NCBI GenBank assembly: GCA_028534125.1
Contig: CM052816.1
Location: 61,568,001-61,632,000 of the forward strand
Source: Lama glama
Lineage: Eukaryota
Length of the DNA stretch: 64,000 nt
Reading direction: 5' to 3'
Each line of letters opens with the position of its first letter. Within the stretch, counting starts at the first letter, position 1. Under the pieces are notes generated by a model that did not search any database, had not been told where the DNA came from, and saw nothing but the letters and a program-made list of their open reading frames with translations. Position numbers and translations under genes: made by a program. Of the stretch, positions 25,965-39,829 are shown in pieces.

Positions 25965-26845
25965 AAATTGAAGATGACACAAAAAGGTGGAAAGATATAC
26001 CATTTCTTGAATTAGAAGAATCAATATTGTGTTAAAATGACCATACTAGCCAAGACAATCTACAGATTCAATCCCTATCAAATTACCAATGGTATTTTTC
26101 ACAGAACTAGAACCAAAGAATTTTAACTTTACATGGAAACACAAAAGACCTTGAATAAAACAGTCTTGAAGAAGATGAACAGAACTGGGAGAATTATGCT
26201 CCCTGACTTCAGGCTGTACTACAAAGCTACAGTAATCAGAACAGTATGATACTGGCACACAAACAGACATACAGATCAAAGGAACAGTATAGAAGCACAG
26301 AAGTAAACCCCCACACTTATGGTCAATTAATCTATGACAAAGGAGTCAAGAATATATAATGGAGAAAAGACAGTCTCTTAAATAAGTGGTGCTGGGAAAA
26401 CTGGACAGCTACATGTAAATGAATGAAATTAGAACATTCTCTAACATCGTATACAAAAATAAACTTAAAATGGATTAAAGACCTAAATTTAAGACTGGAT
26501 ACTATTAAATTCCTAGAAGAAAACATAGGCAGAACACTCTTAAGATAAATCACAGCAATATTTTTTTGGATTCATCTCTTAAAGTAATGGAAATAAAAGC
26601 AAAAACCAGAAGAGGGGACCTAATTAAACTTAAAAGCTTTGCACAGCAAAAGAAACCATAAACAAAACAAAAAGACATCCTGTGGAATGGGAGAAAATAT
26701 TTGCAAGGGACTAATTTCCAAAATATACAAACATCTATATATAGCTGAATTACTTTGCTCCACACCTGAAACTAACACAACATTGTAAATTAACTACACT
26801 TCAGTTGTTTAAAAAAGGGAATAAAATGGAAAGAAAAAAAAACCT
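25965..26845 (+). mobile_element. Lineage-specific L1, 5'-truncated and internally deleted, with TSD
   Basis: ORF2 sequence (gaaattgaagatgacaca...atctacagattcaat...ggtgctgggaaaactggacagc) joins directly to the terminal 3' UTR (gctgaattactttgc...acctgaaactaacacaacattgtaaa) and an A-rich tail. Direct repeat gtgaaaccttg at 25954-25964 and 26846-26856. Confidence 0.9.
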
Positions 26846-26859
26846 GTGAAACCTTGGAA

Positions 26860-27540
26860 TGTATGATAGAAACAAATGCATGAGGATATAACTCTCCAAC
26901 TCAGGAGATACAGGATGCTCAAAGAAAAAACAATATTCACTGAGGATAAGCTCAAATACAAAATAACAAATAGTATGAGGGAACAATACACCATGAAGTC
27001 AACAAGCAGAAAGATTAGCACTCCGTGAGAAAAAGATACGGAAAATATGAAGAGAGGTTAAGAGACATGGTGGTTAGAATTAGAAGGTTCAATACAAGTT
27101 GAGTAGGAGTTCAGAAGAAAGAATGGGGAAGAAGTATATTAAAAGAAATAATGACTAATAATTTTTCAGAATCAAAGAAAGATACGAATCCTCAAGGTAT
27201 GGATCCCAAATAGAGAAATAAAAAGAACACCCAGGTGCAGTGGTCAGACTGAACTAAAAGAAAGACAAAAAGAACTCTTGAAAGCAACTAGAAAGACTTT
27301 ATCACAAAGAAACAACAATTAGACTGGCAGGTTACTTTTCCTCTGCTCTCTAAAGTCCAAATGTCAAGGGACTTAATACCTTCAAGTACTGAAGTAAAAT
27401 AAATAGATTAGAATTCTACATTCAACTAAAATAATATTTTTATAGTGAAAGTAAAATAAATATATTTTCAGACAAATAAGAACAAGAGTCCCTTGCTAAA
27501 TTAACTGCTAAATAATGTGTGTCAGGAACAAAGAAATTGA
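26860..27540 (+). mobile_element. Ancient L1M ORF1 remnant (host of the younger L1)
   Basis: A-rich ORF1-like sequence: gaggttaagagacatgg...ggagttcagaag...ataatgactaataatttttcagaa...acaattagactggcag...tagaattctacattcaactaaa. Confidence 0.65.
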
Positions 27541-29989
27541 ATTCAGAAGTTAGTGGTAAGATTTAAGAAGCAATTAGTTATTAAAGGCATTGAGTAACAC
27601 ATAACTACATCTAAATAGACAGTGATTATCAAGTTTTGGTCAATGAGTGGTTCATAAACTTTTAAATTTTTGTAAGCTATGAAAATTTCTCTCCAAAAAT
27701 TAATGCACCAACATAGGAATGCCAACTTTTACTTCTGCCAAATAGAAATATTTTGTAAAGACTGTGGTAAGCACACACATCTTGACTTCAGGAATCTTAG
27801 GCTTTTGTAAAACCTAAAAATTAAAAATAATAAAATGTAATGAACAAAGACAGTTCATTAAAATTTTGTTTCATGAAAAAAATTAATCACATAGACATCA
27901 TTCTTCTAATTTCATCACAGAATATATCACAGAGCATTACCAATCCACGGCATTTGGAAATATGTGTCAAATTATACACTGCCTTCTTTCTGGTTCTCAT
28001 AAATTCTAAGTGATAGTGTTATTTTTTCATAACACTAACATGTTGCCTGATGTATAGTAGATGCTCAACAGATATTCTTGGATCAATGGGAAATAATGCT
28101 ATTACTTTTGTTTTACTATGCAATCCTCCTAATTGGTTAGAAGTTGACCCCATGAAATAGGAGATTCTATTTCCAATGGCTTTGTGTCATGTAACAGAAA
28201 TTTTCCTTAATGGAGATTGTTGTTGATTTCTCTTTTCCTCCTTAAGTTTAAGGGCAAACATCAAGACCCAGATTTCTCCTAGAGAATCTCTAAAAAATGA
28301 ATTGTAGGCTTAAGAATGTAATTGATTGCCCTAACAAACAGGCCATGATTTATTAGTTCATAGAGGTCATGAGACTAATCTTAACCAATCTTAACTTCTC
28401 CTGTAAAGAATCGTGAGTATGTGAAAGGGAACTATGGTCTACTAGAGCTAAGATGGTGGGCAGTCAAAAAAATCATCAATCCCTCTCACTAATTATACTT
28501 CATCACTTTATATATTTTATTTAGGGAAATTAATCCACCTACTATGATGGTTATACAAATTCCCCAAGAGGCAAAAAATTTCAGCATACATTTAACTTAC
28601 TGAGAGATTGGGACCTACCTTAGGGTGCTTATTCAGCAACTGATACACATGTGCAATTAGAACTAATATTCCTTTGCAAATATATCAGCCATGTTCTAGG
28701 ACCCAGCAGTTTAGAGAAAAAGGAGTAATTCTGAAAGTGTGAAATTGTTCTCAAATCTTTCAGCAAGTGTATCTCTTGCTTTCCTGGCATAAAATAAAAT
28801 TTTCTTGGTTTTTATCTTCCAAGAGAGTATTTTTTTTATCTTGGGAGATCTTAATTGGAATATCAAGATCTTTCTTACTCAAGTTGATATTCTAGATGAG
28901 AAGTCTATCTGAGAACTCTTTAGAGCCTTCTCCAAGACTGCACTTGACAATACTTGAGAGTATTTCCCATTACATAGATTTCCAGGCTTATACTTTAAAC
29001 AGAAGTTAATGCCCTAGCAATTCAAATCCCAAGGAGCCTGGATAAAATCTTCTTAAAAGTGGGAATCAACCTTTCAAAATATGTCATTCCCTAAAGGAAA
29101 AGAGGGCTCTGTCAGAGGACTCTAATTGTGAATCTTGAGATTAAAGTTTCAGAAAGAGGATCTTGAGCACTTGCCATTTTGGTTAGAGATTTTCAAGGCA
29201 CTTTTGGAAAATAGTTTCTATGACTTGACTAAATAACTCTTTTTCCTAATAGATGCTATGAATATTGTCCTTTTCAATGATAGAATTTTCATTGTGTAGT
29301 TCTGTCTAAAATAAACCTTAGGCTCTTATTTTTCACTTCTGTCTAAAGTAAGATTTAGACCTAATAAAAATCATAGAAGATCAGGAGTATGATCCAGGAT
29401 TATGGATTTTTTTTTTTGGTAATTTCTTATACATTGTTCTAGCAATGCTTCTCTATTTTTGTGAACACATTTCTCTTTGACTATGGGTATTTTTGATACA
29501 TGGGATAATATTTTAAGAGCCTAAAATATTAGTCCTACTGCTTTTAAAATAAACTAGAATAATATATTTAGGAACATATAGTAAGAAACCATCTCCTATA
29601 GAAAAGGAAGAATAAAGTAGTATAAATATCCTTCTCTTTAAGCAGAAACTGAAGCTTTGAAAGAAAGTAGAAAGTTTTATCTTTGTATTAAAATCCACAG
29701 CACATGTTTTTCTTTTCTGATGTCTTTTAGCTTTCTTCTAGCTCAGTATTTCTCCACATGGAGTTTAAAGTAGACAAATAAATTAGATATAATACACAAA
29801 TTTTTTAAGTAGTTTAAAACATTAATTTTATATCTTTTTCTCTGGTGGAGGGGGGCACCCTAAAGAGGGGCCAAAGAGATACCTTCTTTTTGCTGTATTC
29901 TGTGGGGCATCTCCATTTGTAGCAACGGATAACCAGTGAATTAAATGTTATCACTATATTTCTGAATTGTGTTTATGTGACATAAATTA

Positions 29990-30125
29990 TTTTTTAAAAT
30001 CTTTATTAAGATATACTTGATATTTTATATTAGTTTCAGGTGTACAACATAATGGTTCAATATTTATATATATTGCAAAATGATCACCGCAGTAAATCTG
30101 TTTAATATTCATCACCATTCATAGT
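29990..30125 (-). mobile_element. L1 3'-end fragment
   Basis: ctttattaagatatacttgata...tagtttcaggtgtacaacataatg...gcaaaatgatcaccgcagtaaatc. Confidence 0.75.
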
Positions 30126-31082
30126 TTGTAATGATATGTGGCATAAGTTCTTACAATTATTTTGAGAGTGAAAGGGCAGTTGGGGAATAGTAACAATAGA
30201 ATTGAATGTCATATATAATGTTACATACAAACGTTATCTTTGCATTCCAGAATAGTATATTTTTATTGCAAATATGTATTTTATACTAAATGGTTCTAGT
30301 TTAAAAACTTTTACTATTAATAATGATGTTAGTTGGTGATCATATATATGAAAAGAAATGAAAAAATTTGGGTATTTCCTTCAAAGTAAGCTTGTTTTTT
30401 TGCTATTCAAACACTTAGGGAAATGTTGGACAGTTTATTTTAAAATTTGATAGATTAATATGTGTGAACAAAATGAGGTATTTTGTATTGCCAACATCAC
30501 AGTAAGTGTAGTAATTCTCCCATGCTGAGGTGGAATAATGAGAAATTATAATAAAGAAGACAGGGCACTCCAAACAACATCTGAAACATGTCAGTTATGA
30601 AAATGGCACATAAGTAGCAACATTTTTTGAAAACCAAATTTCCCTTTCATGAAAGTGTACTATATTAATAAACTGCAAATAACATTGCTAGATTTTTTCT
30701 TTAAGCATATATGAATTTTAGAAATTACTCCATGCACATTCCCATAGTCTCTCTTTTTTTAAAAAAAAAATCTTTATTTGAATATTACAATAGGTCTAGG
30801 AAGTCATCCACCTGTCAACATGCTATTAGTAATTGGAAAGTTTGTGCTATTGTGTACTTTGAGGAGTAGTAAACATGTATTTCCTTTCTACATATTCATT
30901 CATTCTCACTATTTTTTTCTATTAATGAAATTTCTGCCCGTTATTTTAAAGATTCTAATCAATCACCAGCAAGAGAGAAGTAATGCTGAGTACTGCTTAT
31001 CTACTGTGGATATATTTTATGGACTAGTAGACATGATTTTAGTTTCTACTTCTGATCAACTTGCTTTTGCCTTCTTTCCTAG

Positions 31083-31217
<135 letters not shown>

Positions 31218-33774
31218 TGATGTGTAGACTAACCTGATAAATTTCTGGTTTTGATATTCAACTACTAGGAAATCAAGCGTACTTATTAAAATGTACTTGA
31301 AACAGTAAATTCCTACGCTAGTGAATTTTCTTGATATCTGCAAATATATATTGTTTAGGAAATTATATTGAATGTTTTCTGGGTCAATTTCTCCTTCTAT
31401 ACATGTATGTTTGAATTGTATTGAACAAAAAAATCCAACAACAAACTTACGTAATAGACTCTGTTTAGTCATATGTCTGTTTTTTTCTGACAAATAATTT
31501 CCAGGAAAGTTATGTGATCCTCAATAGATTTTACAGCTATAATCTAATGAGTCATTTTTAAATTGCAGTATGAGAGAAAGAATTAATAGTAGAAGAAAAA
31601 AATTAAACAATATATTGAGCATAGAAATTGTTGCTAAATAATTTTAGTTTCATCAGCCTAGTTTTCAACAACTATAATTATTAAGAATTGTTCAAGCAGA
31701 TAAGAATAATTTATGCTATTCCTGAAATTCTTTAGGAATTGCTATATATGTGGATTCTAGTATTTATCGCCATGGACTAAATTTACAACAATAACTACTA
31801 CTATCATCTGTTCTCAGTTCTGACTTCTTCCATGTTAGTTGGGCTGGTTTCAACAGAGATTACACTGAATTTCAGCTTGCAATCTGATGTTTAAATAAAA
31901 AGAATGAAAGCTTTTGGGCAGCTGTCACAGTTTATTAATCCTTGCTGACGGCTTCATTCAGGACCCATGACCTAGTGCCGTGTTGATGGCTTTTCCATTC
32001 TGAGTTTGGAAATGTTGGTAAATTATGCTAAATGTATGAATTGATAGGGTCATTTTTAAAGGATTAAGGATCTTTTTTTGAAACTTTATAAGTAGCCAAT
32101 AAAAATACAGAGACCTTTACACACTACCAAAAAATTCCTTCTTTTTTTCACAAAGGTAATAGAAAATATTAGGAACCACATTCTTGAAACAACAGTCTGG
32201 GTTTCTTTTGGAACCAACAACTCTTGTCAATGACAAGTAGCAATTTACATCAATCTGTACTTAGAAGAAATACACAACTGTAAGGGGAAAGTCACAGTGT
32301 GAATCTCTCTCTTTGTTTACCGTTGATTGATTATTATTCTTGTGATCTACACCAATGGGCTACTGTTTCTAATTGTCTATAATAATACTATCATTAGGCC
32401 TGATGGCTTTTTTTATTTTACTTTATTTTTCAACCCAAAGCATAAAGAACTCATTCTTTTAAACACCTCAGAGCTCTCCTAAAAGCATTCTGTAAATTAT
32501 ATAATCACTCTAAGTTAACCACAAGTAGTGGCTATCTGAGAACATGTAATTCAACTCAGTCATCTGTCTGATAAATATATTTAATACCTTATCATTTGTG
32601 CTTAATAGCAAGACTCTCAAATGTCGTATCTTATAGCTTATGTGCATATATTTGATAAAGATCAAATTTTCTTTCAAATTATAGTTTGAAGGTTACTTAG
32701 AAAATACTCTAAATAATATCAAAACTAAGAGTATTGAATTTAAATTTAGATAAGCAAATAGAGGGAAATATAATTACATCCAAGCATAAATAAGAATAAG
32801 CACAGACAGGAGACAGTGAATAAAATGGGGCAAAAATATATTTGATTTCTAAAGATTTGCATTCTTAGTCTAGGTTAATGGATGTCAACTTTTTGATCCT
32901 TAAACTCTTCTTTAAATGAATCTACATAACTCTGATATATTACATTTGAAAAAAATGGGTATGGTCAAATTAAAAGAACCCCTTGCCTGCCTCCTTACCC
33001 TGTCCTTAGAGTCTTGTCAGCTTCCAGCATATCTCAGCAGAACATCTTGGGCTCCATGAAAATCTATTTAAAGAACTTGTACATGTAGCAAAGTTTGTCT
33101 ACCAAGAAGTCGTTGATATTCACATTAGAGTGTAGTTTCATAAAGTCAGTATGTTGGATTTCATTATCTAAAATTAACCTACAAAAAAACCCTTAGCCAT
33201 TCTTCCATAGACATGAAGGCCAATAGACAGCTTTAGGTATAGCACTAGGAAGTTTTTAAATGAATGAATGAATGAAAAAACATACACATGCAGACTCCTA
33301 GAAAGAAAAAGACAGAGTGCTAGGCAAAAAGCCTCAAAATATCCCTATCATTAATACCTCTATCACTATTAATTTATGAAGAGACTTTCAAAGAACTAGA
33401 TCACTCTACATTTTTTAAAGGAGAAGAGTACCAAAAACTACTCAGTGGGCTGAGCACTTCTTTAATTTATTTTTTTTACTAACTGCATTTGCCATGTTAT
33501 CTATTTATGGATTGTTGTTGATCATTTCAGTTATTTTCTCCTTTAGGGAGAAGCATGTTTACAGTTGCCAGATGCAGATTTTCCTCCTAAGGCTATACCT
33601 ATTTGGATATTAAACCAGAGTTAGAGTTCAGAAGTTTGACTCAAATCAAAACAACCATGCAAACACCTAGTGACAAAATTAAAGTGAAATTTTCAATTGG
33701 TGTAGTCAAATTTGTGTGGCCAGACTATATTCTTGCCATATAAAAATAGTTGACATTATCAGTAACAATGATGA

Positions 33775-33985
33775 TGATAGTAATGAATTGTTTTAAAATG
33801 TTTACACTGTGCCAGGAACATATTTGTTCTGTTTGCTATTGAGAAAAATCCTGGGAAATGGGGACTATTTTAATTGTTTTAGAGATGAACAAAGACTTGA
33901 AAGCCTAAGATTACACAGCAGTTTAATAGAGAGCTGAGATTCCAGCCCAAATTTTCCTGATTTCAGAGTGAAATCTCTTTGCTGC
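33775..33985 (-). mobile_element. MIR SINE
   Basis: tttacactgtgccagg...ttttagagatgaacaaagact...tagagagctgagattccagcccaaatttt cctgatttcagag. Confidence 0.6.
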
Positions 33986-36461
33986 TTCTGATCATACTTT
34001 ACTTTCAGATGGGAAATTTTGCAGAGAAAAAAGAAAATTTTCATTGTTACACTGAGCCTGAGATGGGTGGTAACAATGTATTTTACCCCTTTAATACTAA
34101 GTTGATTTTTCATTTATTTACGTGTAACAGTTTCTTATCTCAAGACTCACAGTAAAAAGGCATCTAGACAGAACATTGAGCCTAAGACTATATGATAGTG
34201 TTACAACTGGCAAAAATAATGAATCTCTACTTTAAAATGAGAGAAAATCTATATCTTTCATACAAGTATTGTGAGGATGGAATGAGAGAATATCTCAGTG
34301 ACTTTCTGTGGGCTTCCTCAGAGGTGCTAGTATATATTACTAGAGCATCATCATTACTTTTTATTATTATTTGCCAATCTTAGATGATGGTGGGCAGAAA
34401 ATTCTTTGGCAGACAGTCTTAACTGGCAGTAACGAGCATCACAGACTATAAACATGAATTTATGTGTCTCAGAATAATGAATGGAATATCCACGACCTCT
34501 GATCTTAACTCTGAATTTCAAAACTACTCGCATCTGAAGGAACAAGAAAGAACCTACATCCTGTCTAGCCAGCAGGATAAAACCAAAGCTGCTCTTAGTT
34601 TTTTTTTAATAAATCTTTTTTTAAAAGGTTGGAGGAGGGGAGAAATGTGGCTCAAATGATAGCTTAGACATATCCAGAGGACTGGATCCACAATGATCTC
34701 GTCAAACTCTGGCTGCAAAAGATATGGGATCTTTGCCCGGGGGCACAGTTCCACAAATGTTCCATGTAAGTATGGGAACTGTTCCATGCACATTTAGCAG
34801 ATGGAGTAAGAAATATGGCCAAAAAATTAAAAATTGATATTTGCATGAGTCCTGGGGGGTCTGACATCGCTATTACAGCCATTGGATGTTTGCCTGAATA
34901 AGCCATTCAAGGACTGAATAAGAACCATATGGTCTGAATGGATGTGCTCAGGGACAGTAGCATTAACCAAAGGAGGAAATTTGATGAGCCCAGACAGTGC
35001 TCTGGTACTGTGTGTCCATGGGTCAAACTCCTACAAATCAATCAATATAACTTTCAGCCAAAAGAACTTTCCTTAGTCGTGGCATCAGCAATAGCCCTTG
35101 GGACAGAAATCAGAGGTATACCATATTTGACAAGATAGTAAACAAAGATTTAGACTATAAAACTCTGATAGTAGCATTGGCATTTTTACTGCACAAGATA
35201 GTAAGGGTAATCAAAACCCAATCCTTGCAAGCCTGATGGTTACCACAAAGAAGGTTACAGATACTTGGTTTATTGCCAAAAGATTGATTTAATAATTCTA
35301 CAAGGCCAAATCAGAGACATAGCCCAGCATTTGGGCTTACATATACATGACATTGATTCCTAATATTTTTGCATGAGAAACATAGGACAGGATTAGAATA
35401 AGATTATTACATGCCCTTCTGAAAGCCCTGCATGTATAATTGGACATTTACAGCCTTAGATCTTAATTCATTTAGAGTAGAATGTAATATGTTTTGACTT
35501 GGTCCCAAACTATAAACACAGAAAGTGGAGAAGGAATAGCTCTTCCAATTGCTCTAGAAATTTAAATTGTACAAGATGACAATTTCTGATTTAGAATTTG
35601 GGCTGAAAGAAGCTTTAGTGTTCCTGCACCTGGACAGCAGAAAGATAAGGCTTTTAATAACACTGTGCTCGAACTCTCAGCTTTTCTGATTTGGGAAGGA
35701 TGTTCTATATTGCATCACCAAAATGACTTCCTTTAAAGTCTTAGCTTTCCTTAGAGGTATCTCATTCCAGATGCTGGCTAGACCCAGTTGCTGGCTATGG
35801 TGCAAGATCTACCATACACATCTGAAAATATCTCTAGATTAAAAAAATGTTGAAATACTCTGTGTATATGCATTTCAAAATTTTTCTTTGTAGAATTTTG
35901 ACAATTTTTCAAAGTTGGATTGTTTGATTTATAATATATCTTGCTTAAGCCAATTCCCATATGGAGATCATGAAATTCAGTGGTCTAATAGCAAGAGGTG
36001 TTGTTTAATGATGAGTAAGTGTTTCTTAAGAAATATTTTCAAACCTGACTGGAATATATCATCTTTCTAGATAGTTTTTAAAACATATTTCTTTTATTTA
36101 GAAGGAATGTGAAAAGCAAGAATGAACAACTTGGGATTTTATTTTTGGAATGTGATAGTTTCACTTCATTCACCTTTCTGAATCTGGTTAAATACACCTG
36201 AATTAGCAAAAAGATGAACAAATTTATCCAATTTATCTGGATAATTTAGGTTGAAGTAACATGACTGATATTTAGAATAGTTCAAAATCACTAGATTGGC
36301 TATTACCCTTGGGAATAAAGATTTAAACCTGGTTTTCATCTGAATATTTAACTTTTCTAGTTTAAGAAATGAAGTAAGATTCTACTCCTGTGGAAATAGA
36401 GCTTTTACAGTTTTGGCAACTTCAGGTTTAAAAAGATAAAAATAGAAAATACAACTCTAAA

Positions 36462-37528
36462 CAGATCAGTGAGCTAGAAGACAGATTAGTGGAAACCACT
36501 ATTGCAGAACAGAAAACAGAAAAAAGAATGAAAAGAAGATAGTTTAAGAGAACTCTGGGACAACATGAAACATGCTAACATTCGCATTATAGGGGTCCCA
36601 GAAAGAGAAGAGAGAGAGAAGAACCTGAGCAAATTTTTGGAGAGGTAATAACTGAAAACTTCCCCAACTTGGGAAAGGAAACAGTCACCCAAGTCCAAGA
36701 AGTGCAGAGAGTTCCATATAGGATCAACCCAAAGAGGAACATACCAAGGCACATAGTAATCAAACTGATAAAAATTGAGGATAAGGAGAAAATATTAACA
36801 TTAGCAAGAGAAAAGCAACACATAACATACAAGGAAACTCCCATAAGGTTATCAGCTGATTTTTCAGCAGAAACTCTACAGGCTAGAAGGGAGTGGCACG
36901 ATATATTTAAAGTGATGAAAGGGAAAAACTTACAACCAAGAATACTCTTTCCAGCAAGGCTCTCATTCATATTTGATGGAGAAATAAAAAGCTTCACAGA
37001 TAAATAAAATCTAAAAGAATTCAACACCACCAAACTAGCTTTACAACAAATGTTAAAGGAACTTCTTTAGTCATCAAATCATTAGAAAAGAGAACAAAAA
37101 GAAGAAGAGAAAAAAAAAACCTACAAAAGATTGCTTTGAAAATTTGGAATCTTTTATGGTTCCATATAAATTTTGGAATTGTTTGTTCTAGTCCTGTGAA
37201 AAATGTCATGGGTATTTTGACAGGGTTTGTGTTGGCTCTGTAGATTGCTTTGGGTAGTGTGGCCATTTTGATACTGTTGATTCTTTCAATCCAAGAGCAC
37301 AAGAACTCTTTCCATTTCTTTTTATCATCTTTAATTTCCTTCATCAATGTTTTACAGTTTTCAGAGTATAGGTAACCTCCTTGGTTAAGTTTATTTCTAG
37401 GCATTTTGCTCTTTTTGATGCAATGGAAATGGCTATTGCCAGTTATAAAATTCTGGTTTTTGAAGTGAAAAAAAAAGTGAATGAAGGGCCACAAATGGCA
37501 AAAAATTTAAAAAAAGAAAGAAAAAAAG
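36462..37528 (+). mobile_element. Composite L1 insertion: sense ORF1 3' half, inverted ORF2 fragment, non-L1 tail, single TSD
   Basis: ORF 36669-37007 (+) is ORF1p (RINPKRNIPRHIVIKL...IRLSADFSAETLQARREW). About 37129-37430 is ORF2p on the - strand ([10 protein letters not shown]...[11 protein letters not shown]...KFIWNHKR). Flanked by agaaaatacaac(t/a)ctaaa at 36444-36461 and 37529-37546. Confidence 0.88.
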
Positions 37529-39829
37529 AGAAAATACAACACTAAAAACTCTCACCTTTATTGTGCTTACTGGATTTATATACTTCAAGTTGCTTTATTT
37601 GGTATAGTCTAATTATATTATGACTTTTGCACATTAATATCTTAGTATATATTGACTAATATAATCCTCTAGAAATTAGCTCAAATAACTTGATCCACAT
37701 GAATTTCTCTATAGACTTCTTAAAGCACATATTATGAAGTTTCTTTAACTTACTTAACTTTATTTACCTTATAAATAAGTTTCTTCTCTTAAAACCATGT
37801 ACTACATCAAGATACTTCGTACTACTACTACTACTGCAGGAGAGAAGTAGAAAAATCCCAGAGAGATTCTTTTCTATAAATACAAGATAAGGGGAAACTA
37901 AATAAGCACAGAAGAACATTGTGCCAGAGAGAAGTTAAACAAGTCCTTTGATAGATTTTTAACTTCTTTGAAGGTATGTTTGCATAGAGCTAATTTCTTA
38001 AGTCATCCTAATCCAACTATATTATAATTGAAAACTAAAGGTAGTCCCCATTTTATAGTTAGAGAAACTAAAGAAAAGGAACAAATGACTTTCTTTGGAC
38101 CAAAAAAAGATATTGCTATAATGAGAACTCAAGTTTGTAACACAGACTACACACAGACTGAAGTTGTCCCTACACAGACTAAGTTGTTAATTAGTTGTTA
38201 AACTAGACGCTAATCTCTTGTCAGCTGCTAGATGGCTGATACTTATATTATCGTTATGAATTCTTCATTCTTTACCCATTAATCTGTGTTATTTAACTTT
38301 CTGATATAATTGTCTATTATGTTATAACTCCATGGAATAGATATAATCAGTATCATGAATTTATGCAGTAGAAGGTTTTAGCCAACCACTCATGAAATAT
38401 TATTGTCTTGTAGATGTTAATTAATTGTAAGAAATGAGCAACATTTAACAGACTGAATATTTGTATTTATCTTTTACCTTAAGAATAAGTTTTAAAAGGA
38501 AAACAAGAAAATTTGTGTAATTTCTTTCCCTGTTCTACATGTTGTGAGCATGCAGGAAACGTATAACAATATTATTAAATACTTTAGAATCTGTATCTTT
38601 CAATATTTTTGTGGCTTTCACAATTTCGTCCCCTGAAAAAATGCAGAAAGTGAAATTTTTTCTCTACCAATTATAAGAATACTTAAGGAAGTATGAAATA
38701 GCCCGTGGGTGTATATTTGCAGCTAAATGGGTTTAAAAAAAAAACCTCTAGTGTTATTTTGTACTTTATGTAGTAAATACAGTTCAGTAAAGTATATTAG
38801 AGTATTTTTTAATGTCTTCAAATGTATAATCCTACACCTCCAGTTGATGTTTTCCACTGATTTTTGTGTATGTTTGGACAGATAATCCTTTTCTGCCAGT
38901 GAGTGGCCCTGGGCAAGTCAACCTCCTTCAGGTTCTGGTTTCCTTATTTGAAAAAATGAAATGCTTAGATCCCATAAATACTAGAGTCCCTTTGACTTGA
39001 AGTGCTGCTCTGCGATGATATAAAATAAATGTTAAGTTAAATTTATTGTTATTTGAAATCAATAATGCTAAAAATTCTAACTTAAAAAAAAAACAGGCAG
39101 ATTTTAAGATTTGGAATTTTTAGTGTTAATTGTCACTAATTGAAACCAAAGAAAAAAAATCAGTAATTGCTGGTTAATACTACATTGCTCAGTTACTCTT
39201 ATAGGAAAATAGGTGCAGGCATAAATATTCTTATGCACAGCTATTTGTAATAATAAAAATGAAAATCAGGAGATTATTTGATCCACCACTGTGAGTTTAT
39301 ATAAGTGAAGGTCTGACACAATTAGCATATCATTATACAGATGGTTGGTCTTCAAGATCAATTCAAGGTAAATCATAAGCTGGCAACTGGAATGTTCTCT
39401 TCCTCTCACACGTGCACTATTAGCAACCCTACTCTCAGAGCTGATACTGTATTATCGGTTCAGCTAACTACCTCAGCTTTATCATCTTGGACAGCTGATT
39501 TTTTTTCTTAGTGGTAATTTTCATTGTCCAAAATTCATAAACTTTTTAAAAGTCCTACTTTAATATTTATTTTATTTAGGATCAAAATGTTTGGCTTTAT
39601 AGCCAGCCACATTTTGACTTCCTCTTGCCTGATTTTTTTATGGACAAATGTTAATTGCTCAGCACTTCTGTAAAAAAAGTCCTTTATACTGTTACAATTA
39701 CTGAAATAGTCACTGAATGCCAACCACCAGGAAAACAAAGATAAATTTGACTTTCTTTACCCTCTAGTATCTCCAGTTCCTTCCTGACATATAGTAACCA
39801 AAATAAGACACAGAATTCTATAATTTAAC

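Noticed and set aside
34560..35560. Possible processed pseudogene or hidden coding block (slightly higher GC, several short ORFs)
   Set aside because: No recognisable protein in any frame. Part resembles very old CR1/L3-type sequence, but I could not support a call.
37820..37835. (TAC)n microsatellite
   Set aside because: Only about five units; unremarkable.
38141..38205. Short repeated units (cacagact x3, agttgttaa x2) as a CRISPR-like or functional array
   Set aside because: The units are irregular and very short, without constant spacers, in a mammalian intron. This fits slippage duplication.
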